Origin: Nitrospirota bacterium
GTDB lineage: Bacteria; Nitrospirota; Nitrospiria; Nitrospirales; Nitrospiraceae
Direction: 5' to 3'
DNA length: 64,000 bases
Assembly: GCA_016200355.1 (NCBI GenBank)
Contig: JACQEY010000053.1
Location: 425 to 64,424 of the forward strand
The first letter of the stretch is position 1. The number at the start of each line of letters is the position of its first letter. Below, one piece after another: positions 63,898 through 64,000 of the stretch. Under the pieces are notes generated by a model, which was not told the origin of the DNA, did not search any database, and worked only from the letters and a program-made list of their open reading frames with translations. A program made the position numbers and the translations under genes.

Positions 63898-64000
63898 ATG
63901 CATGGAGGACTCGACGACACGATCTGTGCTATTGCCACCCCTACGGGGGAGGGCGGCATTGGAATTGTTCGCCTGAGTGGCCCTCAATCGCTTGTTGTCG
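63898..64000 (+). CDS. mnmE: tRNA modification GTPase MnmE, 5' end only
   Basis: [34 protein letters not shown] matches the MnmE N-terminus. Runs off the window. Confidence 0.8.
   Translation, partial: MHGGLDDTICAIATPTGEGGIGIVRLSGPQSLVV

Noticed and set aside
1-64000. Scan for tRNA, rRNA, integrase, transposase, toxin-antitoxin or phage genes
   Set aside because: No cloverleaf-like sequence was noticed in spacers longer than 80 nt, and no ORF carried recombinase, transposase or phage hallmark motifs. Absence is based on visual inspection only; tRNAscan-SE or Infernal would be decisive.

Overview
A 64-kb chromosomal window, roughly 55-60% GC by eye. The gene content and protein sequences look Nitrospira-like (Nitrospirota), but that taxon call comes from memory and cannot be verified here.

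Layout:
- 0-2.1 kb: 3' part of a HerA/DUF853-like ATPase.
- 2.2-16.4 kb: a signalling island. It holds a 1509-aa multi-PAS/GAF histidine kinase with a frameshifted cognate NarL-type regulator, two more response regulators, a lipoprotein, a truncated yqhA-like gene, a tandem HK-HK-RR cassette, a luxI-like/luxR pair with a lux-box-like palindrome, and a FadL-family outer-membrane channel.
- 16.5-25.7 kb: housekeeping and miscellaneous genes (uvrC, a four-helix-bundle 'IVS' protein, dapF, VOC, GNAT, polysaccharide deacetylase, M50-CBS protease, two membrane proteins).
- 25.7-41.0 kb: a complete complex I operon on the minus strand (nuoA, B, fused CD, E, F, G split in two ORFs, H, I, J, K, L, M, N). 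A MidA/NDUFAF7-like methyltransferase sits directly upstream.
- 42.6-64 kb: FKBP-like lipoprotein, secA, a small His/Cys-rich secreted protein + OM barrel + TlpA-like thioredoxin, tesA-ybbA-ybbP-like trio, PilZ protein, pepN-rpiA-glk-pgl-pgi operon, rpmH-rnpA-yidC-mnmE.

No rRNA, tRNA, CRISPR array, integrase or transposase gene was recognised.

The most unusual signal is non-coding. Nearly every longer spacer, and especially those inside the nuo operon, is occupied by a hairpin whose two arms are degenerate tandem arrays of a 7-nt (or 9-nt) unit and its complement. The unit sequence differs from locus to locus. In addition there are:
- a family of CAGGATGCTGAAAAAG-terminated palindromic MITE-like elements (3 full or deleted copies and 3 fragments);
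- a pair of ~95-nt dyad elements with covarying stems flanking nuoA/midA.

Several genes carry lesions or oddities:
- the response regulator has a frameshift;
- nuoG is split at a G-run;
- the luxI-like gene lacks its catalytic core segment;
- the DapF homologue has both catalytic Cys replaced by Ser;
- the yqhA-like gene is truncated at a repeat.
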